A DNA stretch of 64,000 bases, from positions 800,001 through 864,000 of the forward strand of contig CAVSGI010000010.1 of NCBI GenBank assembly GCA_963727445.1, in the 5' to 3' direction. Below the pieces are notes generated by a model. It worked only from the letters and a program-made list of their open reading frames with translations. It did no database searches and was not told the origin of the DNA. Source of the stretch: an uncultured delta proteobacterium. Its GTDB lineage: Bacteria; Myxococcota_A; Polyangia; Polyangiales; B10-G4. Both the position numbers and the translations under genes were made by a program. Positions 1-9,940 of the stretch are shown one piece after another (position 1 is the stretch's first letter; the number at the start of each line of letters is the position of its first letter).

Positions 1-2
1 GG

Positions 3-761
3 GGTGACGCGAACAAGCCGAAGCTCACCTTGGTGGGCAAGGGCGTGTGCTTCGACACCGGTGGCCTCGACCTCAAGAGCGCCGGGAACATGAAGCTCAT
101 GAAGAAGGACATGGGCGGCGGAGCGCTGGTGCTCGGCCTCGCCCACGCCGTGATGGACGCCGGGCTCCCCGTGCGCCTCCGCGTCCTGGTCCCCGCGGTG
201 GAGAACAGCGTCGCCGGCAACGCCTATCGGCCTCTCGACGTGATCGAGACGCGCAAAGGCAAGACCGTGGAGGTCGGCAACACCGACGCCGAGGGCCGAA
301 TCATCCTCTGCGACGCCCTGGCCCTCGCGGAAGAGGACAAGCCCGACCTCATCATCGACGCCGCGACCCTCACCGGCGCGGCACGGGTGGCGCTCGGCAT
401 CAAGCTGCCGGCGCTCTTCAGCACCGACGACGACGCGGCGCAGGCGCTGCTCGAAGCGGGCGAGGCCGTGGGCGACCCGCTGTGGCGGATGCCCCTTCAC
501 CAGCCGTATCGCAAGGGCCTCGACAGCCGCGTCGCCGACATCAGCAACATCGCCAACACCGGCTACGGCGGCGCCATCACCGCGGCGCTCTTCCTTCGAG
601 AGTTCGTAGGCAAGAAGCGTAGTTGGATGCACATCGACACGATGGGCTACAACACGTCGAGCGAGCCGGGGCGGCCGGCGGGCGGCGAGGCCCTCGCGCT
701 CCGCGCTCTCTACGCGATGCTCGAGAAGCGCTACTCCGGACGGCGGCGGCGCAAGAGGTAG
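3..761 (+). CDS. Leucyl aminopeptidase family (M17) protein, 5'-partial
   Basis: Motifs VGKGVCFDTGG, MKKDMGG, NTDAEGR, ATLTGA; frame is open to the window edge. Confidence 0.93.
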   Translation, partial: GDANKPKLTLVGKGVCFDTGGLDLKSAGNMKLMKKDMGGGALVLGLAHAVMDAGLPVRLRVLVPAVENSVAGNAYRPLDVIETRKGKTVEVGNTDAEGRIILCDALALAEEDKPDLIIDAATLTGAARVALGIKLPALFSTDDDAAQALLEAGEAVGDPLWRMPLHQPYRKGLDSRVADISNIANTGYGGAITAALFLREFVGKKRSWMHIDTMGYNTSSEPGRPAGGEALALRALYAMLEKRYSGRRRRKR

Positions 762-772
762 TGCGCTAGACT

Positions 773-849
773 GGAGAAGCTCGACGAGTTCGGTCACCCA
801 TGCGCCTCGCGGAGAAGTTCGACAAGCTCGGTCCGTCACCCATGCGTCT
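773..849 (+). repeat. Imperfect tandem duplication (~35-39 bp) spanning the methyltransferase start
   Basis: ggagaagctcgacgagttcggtcacccatgcgcct (773-807) vs ggagaagttcgacaagctcggtccgtcacccatgcgtct (811-849). Confidence 0.75.
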
Positions 850-1843
850 GCTTTATCGGGCGCAGCACGACGGGATGCTGCTCGGGCTCAAGACGGCGCA
901 TCAGGTCGTTCGTTTCCTGGTGAACGAGCGGCTGAAGCGCGATCCCGCGCTCGAGGAGGAGCACCAGAGGAGATACCGAAAGCTCCTCCGCGACGATCTC
1001 GCGAACGTCGAAGCCGGCTACTACCCGCGGAGCCTCCTCCTCGGCTTCCCGTACCGCGAGTACTTGAAGAACGCACCGAAGTTGCTCGCCGACATTCCCC
1101 GCACGGTCCTCCGCAAGAAGCGACGCGACCACGAGGATCTCCCCCGCGGCATCGACCTCTCACGCTACCCCACCTATTACCGGCGCAACTTCCACTGGCA
1201 GACCGGTGGCTACTTCACGATGGACTCCGCCATCCGCTACGACGTCGGCGTCGAGCTCCTCTTTCTGGGCACGGCGGACGTGATGCGGCGTATGGCGATC
1301 CCCCCGGTCAGCCGGCTGGTGGCCCAGCGCGGGACCGACCTGCGCGTCCTCGACGTCGCTTGCGGCACCGGCGGCTACCTCCGGCTGCTCGGCGGGGCGC
1401 TGCCCGAGCTCGACTACACCGGCCTCGATCTGAGCGACGCCTATCTGGCCTACGCGCGGGAGCGCTGCCGTGGCATCGCGCGACTCAACCTGGTCCAGGG
1501 CAACGCCGAGGAGATGCCCTTCCGAGACGGCTGGTTCGACGTGGTCACCAGCGTCTACCTCTTCCACGAGCTGCCCAGGAACGTGCGCCGGAACGCGATG
1601 CGCGAGATGTTCCGCGTGCTCGCACCGGGCGGTCTTCTCGTCATCGAAGACTCCGCGCAGCTCAGCGACAGCGGCGAGCTCGCCCGGGTCCTCGCCAACT
1701 TCTCCAACGACTTCCACGAGCCCTACTACAAGGGCTACGTCCGCGACGATCTGGCCGAAGCCCTCGAAGAGGTGGGCTTCGATGTCGAGGAGAGCGAGCC
1801 ACACCTGGTGGCGAAGGTGGTCGTGGCGCGGAAGCCCGTCTGA
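800..1843 (+). CDS. Class I SAM-dependent methyltransferase (UbiE-like C-terminal domain)
   Basis: VLDVACGTG motif I, GLDLS, GNAEEMPF, YLFHEL; alternative ATG at 842. Confidence 0.9.
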   Translation: MRLAEKFDKLGPSPMRLLYRAQHDGMLLGLKTAHQVVRFLVNERLKRDPALEEEHQRRYRKLLRDDLANVEAGYYPRSLLLGFPYREYLKNAPKLLADIPRTVLRKKRRDHEDLPRGIDLSRYPTYYRRNFHWQTGGYFTMDSAIRYDVGVELLFLGTADVMRRMAIPPVSRLVAQRGTDLRVLDVACGTGGYLRLLGGALPELDYTGLDLSDAYLAYARERCRGIARLNLVQGNAEEMPFRDGWFDVVTSVYLFHELPRNVRRNAMREMFRVLAPGGLLVIEDSAQLSDSGELARVLANFSNDFHEPYYKGYVRDDLAEALEEVGFDVEESEPHLVAKVVVARKPV

Positions 1844-2800
1844 TCACGGACAGGCGATGCCGCACACCTGCACTTCGCCCGGACAGCTCATCACGCTCTC
1901 CCGACAGTCCGAGATCTGACAATCGGCGCTCCCCGCGCACTGAAGCGTGCATTCCGCGGTGTTGGTGCAGGCGACGACACAATGGGAGGCGTCACGACAA
2001 TCGACGATGCACATGGCGTTGTCGCCGCAAGAGATCTGCGCGTCGGTGGCCATCCGGGCATCGACCTCGCACCGGGCGGTGTTCGCGCATTGCAGGGTGA
2101 ACGTGCTGGCGCTTCCGACGCTCGTGGTGCAGGTGGAGTTGTTCTGGCAGCTCGCGGTGCAGGCTTCCGCGCCGCAGACGAAGTCGCAGCTGCGATTCGA
2201 GCTGCAACCGCAACCGTCGCTGCTGCAGTTGGGCATCGCTCCATCGGCGGTGGCGTCGGGACCGCCCGCGTCGAGGAGCTCGCCGCCGGGCAGCACCTCC
2301 TGCAGGCTCCCCGGTTCGAGCACGGCGGAGACGCAACCCTGCTCGGTGCACGTCTGGTTCGGCTCCGTGCAGGTGATGCCCTCACATCCCTTCGCCAGGA
2401 ACATGGGCAGGAGCAGGGTGCGCTGCGAAACGAAGCCGGTGATGGCGAGCCGTGTCAGTCGTACCTCCCGCGTCGGGCTCAGGCCATCGACGGAGACCAC
2501 GATGCGCCGGCTCGCGTCGTCGTCGACGGGGACCACCCCGAAGGAAAGAGGCAGGGTGAAGCGGGTGGGGTCCGCGGGGTCCACCACATCGGTGAGCGTG
2601 AACTCGTTCATACTGATCTCGTTGCCGTCGAGATCGGTGATGCGAACGACGACGAAGGCGAGCTCGGTCGGGACCTGATAGTCGGTGTTGACCAGGACCA
2701 CGAGCTGGGTCGCGTCCTTCTGGCAGCCAACCGCCCAAAACCCCGCCCACAGGGCGAGGCCGAGGACTGAAAGGCTTGGAAATAGACGCTTTCCTCTCAC
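1844..2800 (-). CDS. Lipoprotein with conserved N-terminal domain and Cys-rich repeat C-terminus
   Basis: 3' part of ORF 1844..4375; GTG at 2800, signal peptide with lipobox AVGC, regularly spaced Cys at the C-terminus; start is approximate. Confidence 0.75.
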   Translation of the reverse strand: MRGKRLFPSLSVLGLALWAGFWAVGCQKDATQLVVLVNTDYQVPTELAFVVVRITDLDGNEISMNEFTLTDVVDPADPTRFTLPLSFGVVPVDDDASRRIVVSVDGLSPTREVRLTRLAITGFVSQRTLLLPMFLAKGCEGITCTEPNQTCTEQGCVSAVLEPGSLQEVLPGGELLDAGGPDATADGAMPNCSSDGCGCSSNRSCDFVCGAEACTASCQNNSTCTTSVGSASTFTLQCANTARCEVDARMATDAQISCGDNAMCIVDCRDASHCVVACTNTAECTLQCAGSADCQISDCRESVMSCPGEVQVCGIACP

Positions 2801-2896
2801 GGTCGGGGTTGCGGGCAGCTTGACCACCCAACACTGCCACCTTAGCGTGTTTTGAACCCCCGAGTGGTGATCTGAGCGCTCGGAGGACGCCCCCAC

Positions 2897-4264
2897 ATGC
2901 CCATTCTGACGGAGCAGGAGCGGATCGGGACCTTGTTGGCCGGCCGCTATCAGCTCGATGCCATTCTCGGCAGGGGCGGGACGGGTGTCGTCTTCGAGGC
3001 GACCCACAATTGGACCGGCCGCAAGGTCGCGGTGAAGCTCCTCAAGCCGGAGTACTCCCGGGATCTTTCGCTGACGCGTCGCTTCCTCCAGGAGGCGCGG
3101 GCTGCCGCAGGCCTGAGCCACCCGAACGTCGTCCAGGTCCTCGACATGGGCAACGAGAAGGACGGCACCGTCCATCTGGTGTTGGAGCGCCTCGAGGGGC
3201 GGTCGCTCGGCGCACACCTCGAAGAAAACGTGACCCTCTCCCCCGAGGAGACGCTCAACGTCCTGGTGCCGATCATGGACGCGCTGGTCCTCGCGCACCA
3301 GCAGGGGATCATCCATCGCGACCTCAAGCCCGACAACATCTACCTCCACAAGGACGGCGCCGGGCGTCCCTCGCCGAAGCTCCTCGATTTCGGGATGTCG
3401 AAGATGGTCGACGCCGCCTGGGGCACCGCGACCTCCTCCGGCACCCTGGTCGGCACGCCGTTCTACATGTCGCCCGAACAGGCGGAGGGGCGAAAGGATC
3501 AGGGGCCGCAGACCGACGTCTGGTCGATGGGGGTGATCTTCTATCGCTGCCTCACCGGCGCCCTGCCCTTCTGGGCTGACACGCCGACGAAGCTCTTGAT
3601 GGAGATCGTCCAGGCCCACCCCAAGCCGGTGACCGAGCGTGCTCCCGACGTACCAGCTGCATTCGCCGAGGTCGTGGACCGCTGCCTCGAAGAGGACCTG
3701 GACAAGCGCTGGAAGAGCATGGGGGCGCTCCTCGAAGCCCTGAAGTCGGCGGCGGAGGCCTCGGACATCCCCTTCCCCAAGCTCCCCGATCCCGAGTCCA
3801 TGGCCGAGCCGGAGAAGTTCGATCCGGGCCCGCGCCGGGACAAGGATGCGGAGTCGAGCCGCGCGATGGGTCCGAAGATCGCCGGCGCGCTGCTCGCCGC
3901 AGCCGTCGTGATCGGCGGCATTCTGTGGGCGACCCACGATCAGGAGGCGGTCGCCGACGCGGGGACCGAGAGTGCAGCGGAAGCGGAGACGGGAGCGGAG
4001 GCGGAGACGGAGGCGGAGACGGAGACGGTGACCTCGACGGAGACCGCGAGGGAGACGGAGACGGAGACCGGGGCGGAGACGGAGACCGCGGCGGAGACGG
4101 TCTCGGAAACGGAGACGGAGACGGCGGCGAGGTCGGGCATGGGGATGGGCACGCGGCCCCGAAACGGAAGCGATCACGGTGGTATGATCCCGCCATCGAC
4201 CACGATGGAGACATCCGCAGGCGCGCCCGACATGCGCCTCCCCGATGTCGCCGAGGAGTGGTGA
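2897..4264 (+). CDS. Hanks-type Ser/Thr protein kinase with TM helix and Glu/Thr/Ala-rich tail
   Basis: LGRGGTG, VAVK, HRDLKPDN, DFG, YMSPE, DVWSMG. Confidence 0.95.
   Translation: MPILTEQERIGTLLAGRYQLDAILGRGGTGVVFEATHNWTGRKVAVKLLKPEYSRDLSLTRRFLQEARAAAGLSHPNVVQVLDMGNEKDGTVHLVLERLEGRSLGAHLEENVTLSPEETLNVLVPIMDALVLAHQQGIIHRDLKPDNIYLHKDGAGRPSPKLLDFGMSKMVDAAWGTATSSGTLVGTPFYMSPEQAEGRKDQGPQTDVWSMGVIFYRCLTGALPFWADTPTKLLMEIVQAHPKPVTERAPDVPAAFAEVVDRCLEEDLDKRWKSMGALLEALKSAAEASDIPFPKLPDPESMAEPEKFDPGPRRDKDAESSRAMGPKIAGALLAAAVVIGGILWATHDQEAVADAGTESAAEAETGAEAETEAETETVTSTETARETETETGAETETAAETVSETETETAARSGMGMGTRPRNGSDHGGMIPPSTTMETSAGAPDMRLPDVAEEW
3960..4130 (+). repeat. Low-complexity hexamer repeats (gagacg/gaggcg) encoding an ETETAE linker
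   Basis: Visible tandem gagacg-type units within the kinase tail. Confidence 0.8.
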
Positions 4265-5262
4265 GGGCGCGCCTCGCCTTCCTCGCGCTTCTCCTTCTTC
4301 CCGACCTCGCGCTCGCGCAGGACCTGGACGGAGGCGTGGCATCTCCGGATGCCGGCGCGTCCGACGGCGGTGCACGGAGCGCCGATGGCGGCGAAGATGC
4401 GACCCCGGAGGTCGAGGCCCGCGCGCTCTTCCGTCGCGGCATCACGCTGACCCGTCAGGAGCGCTGGGGTGAGGCCCTCGAGTACTTCCGCCGCTCGCGG
4501 GCGCTGGTCGAGCGGCCATCCACCACCTTCAACATCGCACTCGCTCTACTCCGCCTCGGACGTCCGACCGAAGCGCGCGCCGCGCTCACCGAGTACATTT
4601 CGCAGTCCGAGGGCAACCCGCGCGAAGAGCAGCGACGCCGCCAGGCGGGCGAGCTCCTGAGCCTCGCCATGAGCTCCATCGCGGAGCTCGTGCTCACACT
4701 CACCCCGGCCACCGCCGACGTTCGGGTCGACGGTGTGCTGCGCGAAGGCCAAGGCGCCGAGCGGATCATCGCCCTCGATCCCGGAACCCACTCTCTGGGC
4801 GTGACGCGCGAGGGTTACGTCCCGCAGACCCTCGAGCTCTCGGTGCTCGAAGGCGAGCACGTGAGCCGCGAGATCTCCCTCGAGGAACGAACCGATCCGG
4901 CGCGCGTTCAGGTGACCGCGAGCGTCGCGAGCGCGGTGATCTCCGTCGACGACGCCGAGGTCGGTACCGGCCGGTGGACCGGCGACCTGGAACCTGGACG
5001 ACACGTGATCGAGGTGCGCGCCGACGACCACGAGCCCTTCCGTCGCGTCATCGATGTCGAGGCCATGCAGCGCCTCGACGTCACCGCGTCACTGTCCCGG
5101 CGCGAGGCCTCGCTCTGGGCCAATCCGTGGCTCTGGGTCGCGGTGGGCGTCGTCGTTCTAGGCGCAGGTGTCGGCGTGGGCGTGGGCGTGGCCTCCTCGG
5201 GAACGGCGGAGCCCTACGGCGGCACGACGGGCGTCGTCCTGCAGGGTCTCAGCGGTCCCTGA
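4261..5262 (+). CDS. TPR plus two PEGA-like domains, with signal peptide and C-terminal TM segment
   Basis: GTG overlaps the kinase stop (GTGA); ARALFRRG..ALEYFRRS TPR; VRVDG...LDPGTH and LEPGRHVIEV; WANPWLW followed by a hydrophobic stretch. Confidence 0.85.
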   Translation: MRARLAFLALLLLPDLALAQDLDGGVASPDAGASDGGARSADGGEDATPEVEARALFRRGITLTRQERWGEALEYFRRSRALVERPSTTFNIALALLRLGRPTEARAALTEYISQSEGNPREEQRRRQAGELLSLAMSSIAELVLTLTPATADVRVDGVLREGQGAERIIALDPGTHSLGVTREGYVPQTLELSVLEGEHVSREISLEERTDPARVQVTASVASAVISVDDAEVGTGRWTGDLEPGRHVIEVRADDHEPFRRVIDVEAMQRLDVTASLSRREASLWANPWLWVAVGVVVLGAGVGVGVGVASSGTAEPYGGTTGVVLQGLSGP

Positions 5263-5273
5263 AGCTCGAGCGC

Positions 5274-5999
5274 TCAGCCGAACGCCGCATCGGTCCGATC
5301 GAAGAGATGCTCGATCAGGATCGCGAGGTCGGCGTGGTTCGCGGTGCTCGGGCAGGGGATCCAGTGGCGCGCCACGGGCATCTCCTTTTCGAGCGCGACG
5401 CGCTGCGCCTGGGTCGCGCCCCAGAGGATGACCGTGACCTCGTCGAGGTGGATCGGCAGCATCGACGCCAGGGTCATGGGATCGACCGCGGGCAGGGAAC
5501 AATCGATGATGATCGTCGGTCCGTCGTCGTAATGCTTCTCGACGGCGGAGATCAGATCGAAGACGTTGCCGACCTGTCGCACCTTCGCGCGCCCGTGAAG
5601 CTGTCGCGCGATGGACTGGATCGACGTGCGATCGAGCGAGGACACCAGGATGATGCGCTCGATGCGCGGGACGACGGCCGGGAACTTCGCCGGCGGCGTC
5701 TCCGCCTCGTCTTCGCGCACGCGAACGTGCGAGCCCGCCATCTGCAGGATGGGCTCGAGACGCTCGAGGACGATCTCGGTGTCGCTCTCGTCCGCGTGCT
5801 GCTCGAGCGCGCTGAGCAGCCCCCCGTAGACGAAGGAGCGCGCGCGGTCGGCCTCTTCCGGAACGACGACACGCTGGGCCATCATCAGCGCCTGGCTCAG
5901 GACCATCTCCGCCTTCGCGTCTGCGAAGACGAGCGACAGCGCCTCGCGGACACTGCGCGCGATCGGCCCCTCTCTCTTCTTGAACTGCGGTGCAGACAT
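5274..5999 (-). CDS. Hypothetical protein with degenerate receiver-like C-terminal domain
   Basis: Protein-like composition; IILVSS...IIIDCSLP...VILWG resembles a REC fold; ATG at 5999 chosen. Confidence 0.6.
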   Translation of the reverse strand: MSAPQFKKREGPIARSVREALSLVFADAKAEMVLSQALMMAQRVVVPEEADRARSFVYGGLLSALEQHADESDTEIVLERLEPILQMAGSHVRVREDEAETPPAKFPAVVPRIERIILVSSLDRTSIQSIARQLHGRAKVRQVGNVFDLISAVEKHYDDGPTIIIDCSLPAVDPMTLASMLPIHLDEVTVILWGATQAQRVALEKEMPVARHWIPCPSTANHADLAILIEHLFDRTDAAFG

Positions 6000-6104
6000 C
6001 GCCAGGTGGAACCGAAGCTCCAGGACCAAGCTAACGCCGTGTGGAAATCCACGCCAGGAAGCTCTGTAATTTTGGTGCGTATATGTAGGAAACGGCCCCA
6101 CGCA

Positions 6105-6863
6105 ATGAAACTCACATGGCTCCTCTCACTGGCCTTTTTTCTCGCCGCATCCTGCAGCGAGCCCCAGCCACACACCGATCGGTCAGCCGCCGAAGCCCAA
6201 GCGCCGGCCCCGCGATCCGAGCCCTCCGCCGGGGGGCAGAACGCCGCCCGAGAGCCCACGCCTTCTCCCGCCCCCGAGCCTGCTCCCGCGCGTGCCTTGG
6301 TGAAGGTGATCGTTCTCGGCGACTTCGACGAAGACGTGATCGACGCGGTGGAGCGCGAGCTTCGCGAGGTGCTCGCGGTCGATGTCGAGCGCATCGAAGG
6401 TGTCCCGCTTCCGGAGGCGGCATGGTATCCGCCGCGCCGTCGCTACCGCGCCGATCGTTTGCTCGAGTTCTTGCGCGGGCATCTGCAAGGCGAGCCCGAA
6501 ACCACACGCGTCATCGGTCTCACCTCGGTCGACATCTCGGTGACCAAGGGGCGCTACCCGGACTGGGGAGTCTTCGGCTACGGCGACCTCGGCGGCCGCG
6601 CGTGCGTCGTCTCCAGCTATCGCTTGAGCGAGCGCGGCCGGCGCCACGACGCGCTGGTCACGGAGCGCGTGGCGACGACCGCGGTTCACGAGGTCGGCCA
6701 CACGCTGGGTCTGCCGCATTGTCAGGACCCGCTCTGTGTGATGCGCGACGCAGAGGGCAGCATCCGCACCGTCGACACCAGCGACGGCCAGCTGGGGCCC
6801 GACTGCCGCGCGCTCATCGAGGAGACCGCTCCGCGCGTCGTCCCCTACCACGCCCCCCAATAG
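6105..6863 (+). CDS. Archaemetzincin-like (M54) zinc metallopeptidase, probable lipoprotein
   Basis: HEVGHTLGLPHCQDPLCVM zinc motif; lipobox LAASC. Confidence 0.88.
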   Translation: MKLTWLLSLAFFLAASCSEPQPHTDRSAAEAQAPAPRSEPSAGGQNAAREPTPSPAPEPAPARALVKVIVLGDFDEDVIDAVERELREVLAVDVERIEGVPLPEAAWYPPRRRYRADRLLEFLRGHLQGEPETTRVIGLTSVDISVTKGRYPDWGVFGYGDLGGRACVVSSYRLSERGRRHDALVTERVATTAVHEVGHTLGLPHCQDPLCVMRDAEGSIRTVDTSDGQLGPDCRALIEETAPRVVPYHAPQ

Positions 6864-6864
6864 C

Positions 6865-7827
6865 TCAGGGGCAGGCGCCGTCGACGCAGACCACGTCGCC
6901 GAATCCCGGGTACTCGCAGCAGGTGAGGGAGCCGCCACAGGTGCCGCAAGGGCAGCTCGTGCATCCGACGCCGATCGTGAACGTCTGGCACATGCTGTTC
7001 ACGCACACCTGATTCGTCGCACACACCGTCCCGCAGGCGCCACAGTTGAGGATGTCGTTGCGGGTGCGGGTACAAGAGCTGTCGCACTGGGTTTCGGGGC
7101 CGCAGGAAGAGGCGCAGCTCCCGCCGCGGCAGACGTTGCCGCAGACGTTGCCGACGCTGCCGCAGTTCATCGCGTCGGTCTGGAGGTTCACGCAGCCCCC
7201 CGATCCGTCGGCGGTGAAGCCCGGCCGGCAGGCGCAGGTGCTGGAGACGCAGACCTGGGTGCTGGCGCAGGCGTTGTCGACGCTGCCGCAGTTCAGCGGG
7301 TCGCGGGTCAGGTCCAGGCCGCCGTCGCCATCCCCGGTGTCCGCAGGACCGGTGTCGGTCGGCACGCCTGCGTCGCCCAGCGCGGGGGGCGTGCCCGTCC
7401 AGTCCGCGAGCTCTCCCGGGTCGACCATCTCGCTGCGGCACCCGCCCTCGGCACAGGTCTCTCCGTCGGCGCAGGGGGTGGTCGCGCAGGCGGCGAGCAG
7501 GTTCATGGACAGCACCACGGTGCGCTCGGATTGAAAGGCCACCAACGCGCGTCGCTCGATCACGTCGGCGCCGCCGAGCTTGCCCACCACCCGCACCGTC
7601 ACCGGCGAGAGCGGGCCGGACTCGTGATAGAGCGCGAGATAGGCAGGCAGCGCCCCAACATCGACCTCGGCCGCTCTCGTGTCCCCTTCGGGTCCCATCA
7701 CCTCGATGGTGATGGCGTCGATCTCCGACGGGATCGCGAGGTCGGTATCCGTCGTCACCATGATCTGCGTGCGCGGGCTGGTGCACGCCGCGATCGAAAG
7801 TAGAAGCCACGGAAGCATGCACCGCAT
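6865..7827 (-). CDS. Lipoprotein with conserved N-terminal domain and DxxNCGxC Cys repeats
   Basis: MRCMLPWLLLSIAAC lipobox; DPLNCGS, DAMNCGS and DILNCGAC repeats; start overlaps the upstream stop. Confidence 0.8.
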   Translation of the reverse strand: MRCMLPWLLLSIAACTSPRTQIMVTTDTDLAIPSEIDAITIEVMGPEGDTRAAEVDVGALPAYLALYHESGPLSPVTVRVVGKLGGADVIERRALVAFQSERTVVLSMNLLAACATTPCADGETCAEGGCRSEMVDPGELADWTGTPPALGDAGVPTDTGPADTGDGDGGLDLTRDPLNCGSVDNACASTQVCVSSTCACRPGFTADGSGGCVNLQTDAMNCGSVGNVCGNVCRGGSCASSCGPETQCDSSCTRTRNDILNCGACGTVCATNQVCVNSMCQTFTIGVGCTSCPCGTCGGSLTCCEYPGFGDVVCVDGACP

Positions 7828-8567
7828 CAGAACCTCAACACCGTGGGGCTCGTATTTCCGTCGAGGGGACCTTCCGGACCGCTGGCCGCCGCGATCCCGA
7901 TCGCCACGCCGGCGCCCACCACCAACACCGCGCCGCCGACGATGGCCCAGAACCACCACTTGCCGAAGATGGATTCCGAGGGTGGAGGCGGCGGGGGCTC
8001 GTTCCCCGGCCAGGTCGAAGGGTCGAGGGTGACGTCGACGTTCTGCCCGGCCTCTGCTGTGACCTCCTGGCGCTCGAGGATCGTGCCCTGCCTTTCGGCG
8101 AGGACGACGTGGGCGCCGGGATCGACCTCGATCGACGTCCCGAGCGCCTCTTCGCCCAGCGTGCGGTCGTCGAGATGAACCTCGGCGTCGCCCCGAGGCC
8201 CGCTCAGGCTGATCCGCAGGTGCGCGGCGCGACCCGCGATCCGCTCCCTGAGGCCCGTCGCCAGCTGCCGGATGCCCTCGTCGGCCTCTTCGTCCGTTAG
8301 CACCGTCTCCACGAGCGCCGAGGCTTCGGTGATCTCACCCAGCTCCACGAGCGCGACCGCGAGGTTGTAGGCGATGTTCGGTGAGGGAACGAGGGCGTAG
8401 GCCTCGCGGAACCGAAGGGCGGCCTCGGAGAAGTTGCTCTCTTCCGCGAGGCCGATCCCCTCGGTGAAGAGCTCGCGGGCCCGCTCGGTGCCCATGTCGT
8501 CCTGGGCGTGGGCCCGGAGCGGCAGGGATGCGAGCAGGACGAGAGCCGCCAACGTCACCCGAAGCAT
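7827..8567 (-). CDS. TPR/PEGA-like exported membrane protein
   Basis: Signal peptide; ARELFTEG..AALRFREAY TPR; VDPGAH; KWWFW plus TM segment. Confidence 0.82.
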   Translation of the reverse strand: MLRVTLAALVLLASLPLRAHAQDDMGTERARELFTEGIGLAEESNFSEAALRFREAYALVPSPNIAYNLAVALVELGEITEASALVETVLTDEEADEGIRQLATGLRERIAGRAAHLRISLSGPRGDAEVHLDDRTLGEEALGTSIEVDPGAHVVLAERQGTILERQEVTAEAGQNVDVTLDPSTWPGNEPPPPPPSESIFGKWWFWAIVGGAVLVVGAGVAIGIAAASGPEGPLDGNTSPTVLRF

Positions 8568-8624
8568 TGGGCGAGAGGATAGCCGATCGGGTTGTCGGAC
8601 GTGATTTTCTGGGAGGCAAGCCGC

Positions 8625-9734
8625 TCAGACGAGCATGGTGAGGCGCCTCTCGACGGGCTCGCCGGCGGTCTTCCGCGCACCGCGCTCGGCGTCCCGGAGC
8701 AGGCGCAGGATGTGGTTGCCCACCACGTCGATCTCGGTGGACATGTACTGCTCGCCACCGAAGCGCCGAATGGTGTCGGTCTGGCGCTGGAGCACCTCGG
8801 CGTCCTGGCCGAAGATGCGCAGGGCGATCGGGCGGAGGAATGGCACCACCACGAAGCCAGGGATCGGCAGCTTGAAGCTGATCACCGCGTAGAGCTCGGT
8901 GTGGAAGTCGCTCACCGGTGTGAGCGCCGCCGAGACCACGAAGTGGCTCTCGCCGAGGCCGTACTCGACCTGCACCACGCAGGGCATGATGAAGCGGTCG
9001 AAGTGCTTCACCACGCCCCCCTTGGGAGCGAGGATCTTGCCGACCAGCCCCGTGGGGCGTGGCTCGCCGATGTACTCCGCCTCCACCCGGTCGTGGTAGC
9101 GACGGACGATGACGTCGATGGGATTGCGCTCCTTGTCGTCGGTGCGGAAGAGCCCGCCGTGGAGAAAGGCCGTGTGCGGGACGTCGAGAGCGTTTTCGGC
9201 GGTGGCGTGAAGCGACGCCTCGGCGCTCACCCGCTCGGTCACCGTCGTATAGCCGGGCTTGCCCACGTAGGGCATGTGGAAGGGCTCGCGCTCGGGCGCG
9301 ACGTCGGGGGTCATGTAGACCCAGATCAGGCCGTCCTGCTCGCGGCAGGCAAAGGACTCGACCCGGCGCTCCTTCGCAGCGCCGTCTTCTTCGAGCCCCG
9401 GGATGTGCTGGCAGACGCCGCCGGTGTCGAACTGCCAGCCGTGATAGGCGCACTCCAGTCGTTCACCGCGCACACGTCCGAGCGAGAGCGGGACGTTGCG
9501 ATGCGGGCAGCGGTCGAGGAGGGCGCCGGCCTCCCCGCGATCGGTGCGGAAGAGCACCAGGGGCTCGCCCAGAATGGTCGCGCGCCGGGGCTTTTCGCCG
9601 AGCTCCGAGGCGAGGCAGGCCACGTACCAGTCGTCGGTGACGCGGGCCACCGAGGTATTCCCCTTGGTGCGGAGGGGGACCAGCCGTTCCTCGGGCTTCA
9701 CGCCACACATATGCCACGAATCACCTCGCGGCAC
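8625..9734 (-). CDS. Rieske non-heme iron oxygenase (VanA-like alpha subunit)
   Basis: CPHR...CAYHGW Rieske motif; ENALDVPHTAFLH iron site; start uncertain. Confidence 0.9.
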   Translation of the reverse strand: MPRGDSWHMCGVKPEERLVPLRTKGNTSVARVTDDWYVACLASELGEKPRRATILGEPLVLFRTDRGEAGALLDRCPHRNVPLSLGRVRGERLECAYHGWQFDTGGVCQHIPGLEEDGAAKERRVESFACREQDGLIWVYMTPDVAPEREPFHMPYVGKPGYTTVTERVSAEASLHATAENALDVPHTAFLHGGLFRTDDKERNPIDVIVRRYHDRVEAEYIGEPRPTGLVGKILAPKGGVVKHFDRFIMPCVVQVEYGLGESHFVVSAALTPVSDFHTELYAVISFKLPIPGFVVVPFLRPIALRIFGQDAEVLQRQTDTIRRFGGEQYMSTEIDVVGNHILRLLRDAERGARKTAGEPVERRLTMLV

Positions 9735-9845
9735 GCCCCTCGCAACGCAGCCTCACGCCCAGTGCCACACTGGGCCATCCGTGCGTCCGTGCCCGATGCT
9801 GGGGTAGGTGCCGCGTCCACACCGCGAAATCGTGAAGGAAACGCG

Positions 9846-9861
9846 TGGCATTCCCCTTGCT
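9846..9861 (+). promoter_or_regulatory. Sigma54 (-24/-12) promoter of the DUF2330 operon
   Basis: TGGCATTCCCCTTGCT with exact GG-N10-GC spacing, about 80 nt upstream of ATG 9941. Confidence 0.7.
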
Positions 9862-9940
9862 CATCACGGCCGCGAGCAGCGCGGGCCCTCCACCCGCGAG
9901 GGGGCGAGTTGCCCCCGGAACCGAGGGAGAAGGAATCGGA

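Noticed and set aside
3960..4130. Hexamer repeats as a contingency locus
   Set aside because: Imperfect and in-frame; an ordinary low-complexity linker
2801..4375. 843-aa ORF 1844..4375 as a single protein
   Set aside because: Its 5' part is antisense to the kinase; the credible protein begins at the lipoprotein signal near 2800
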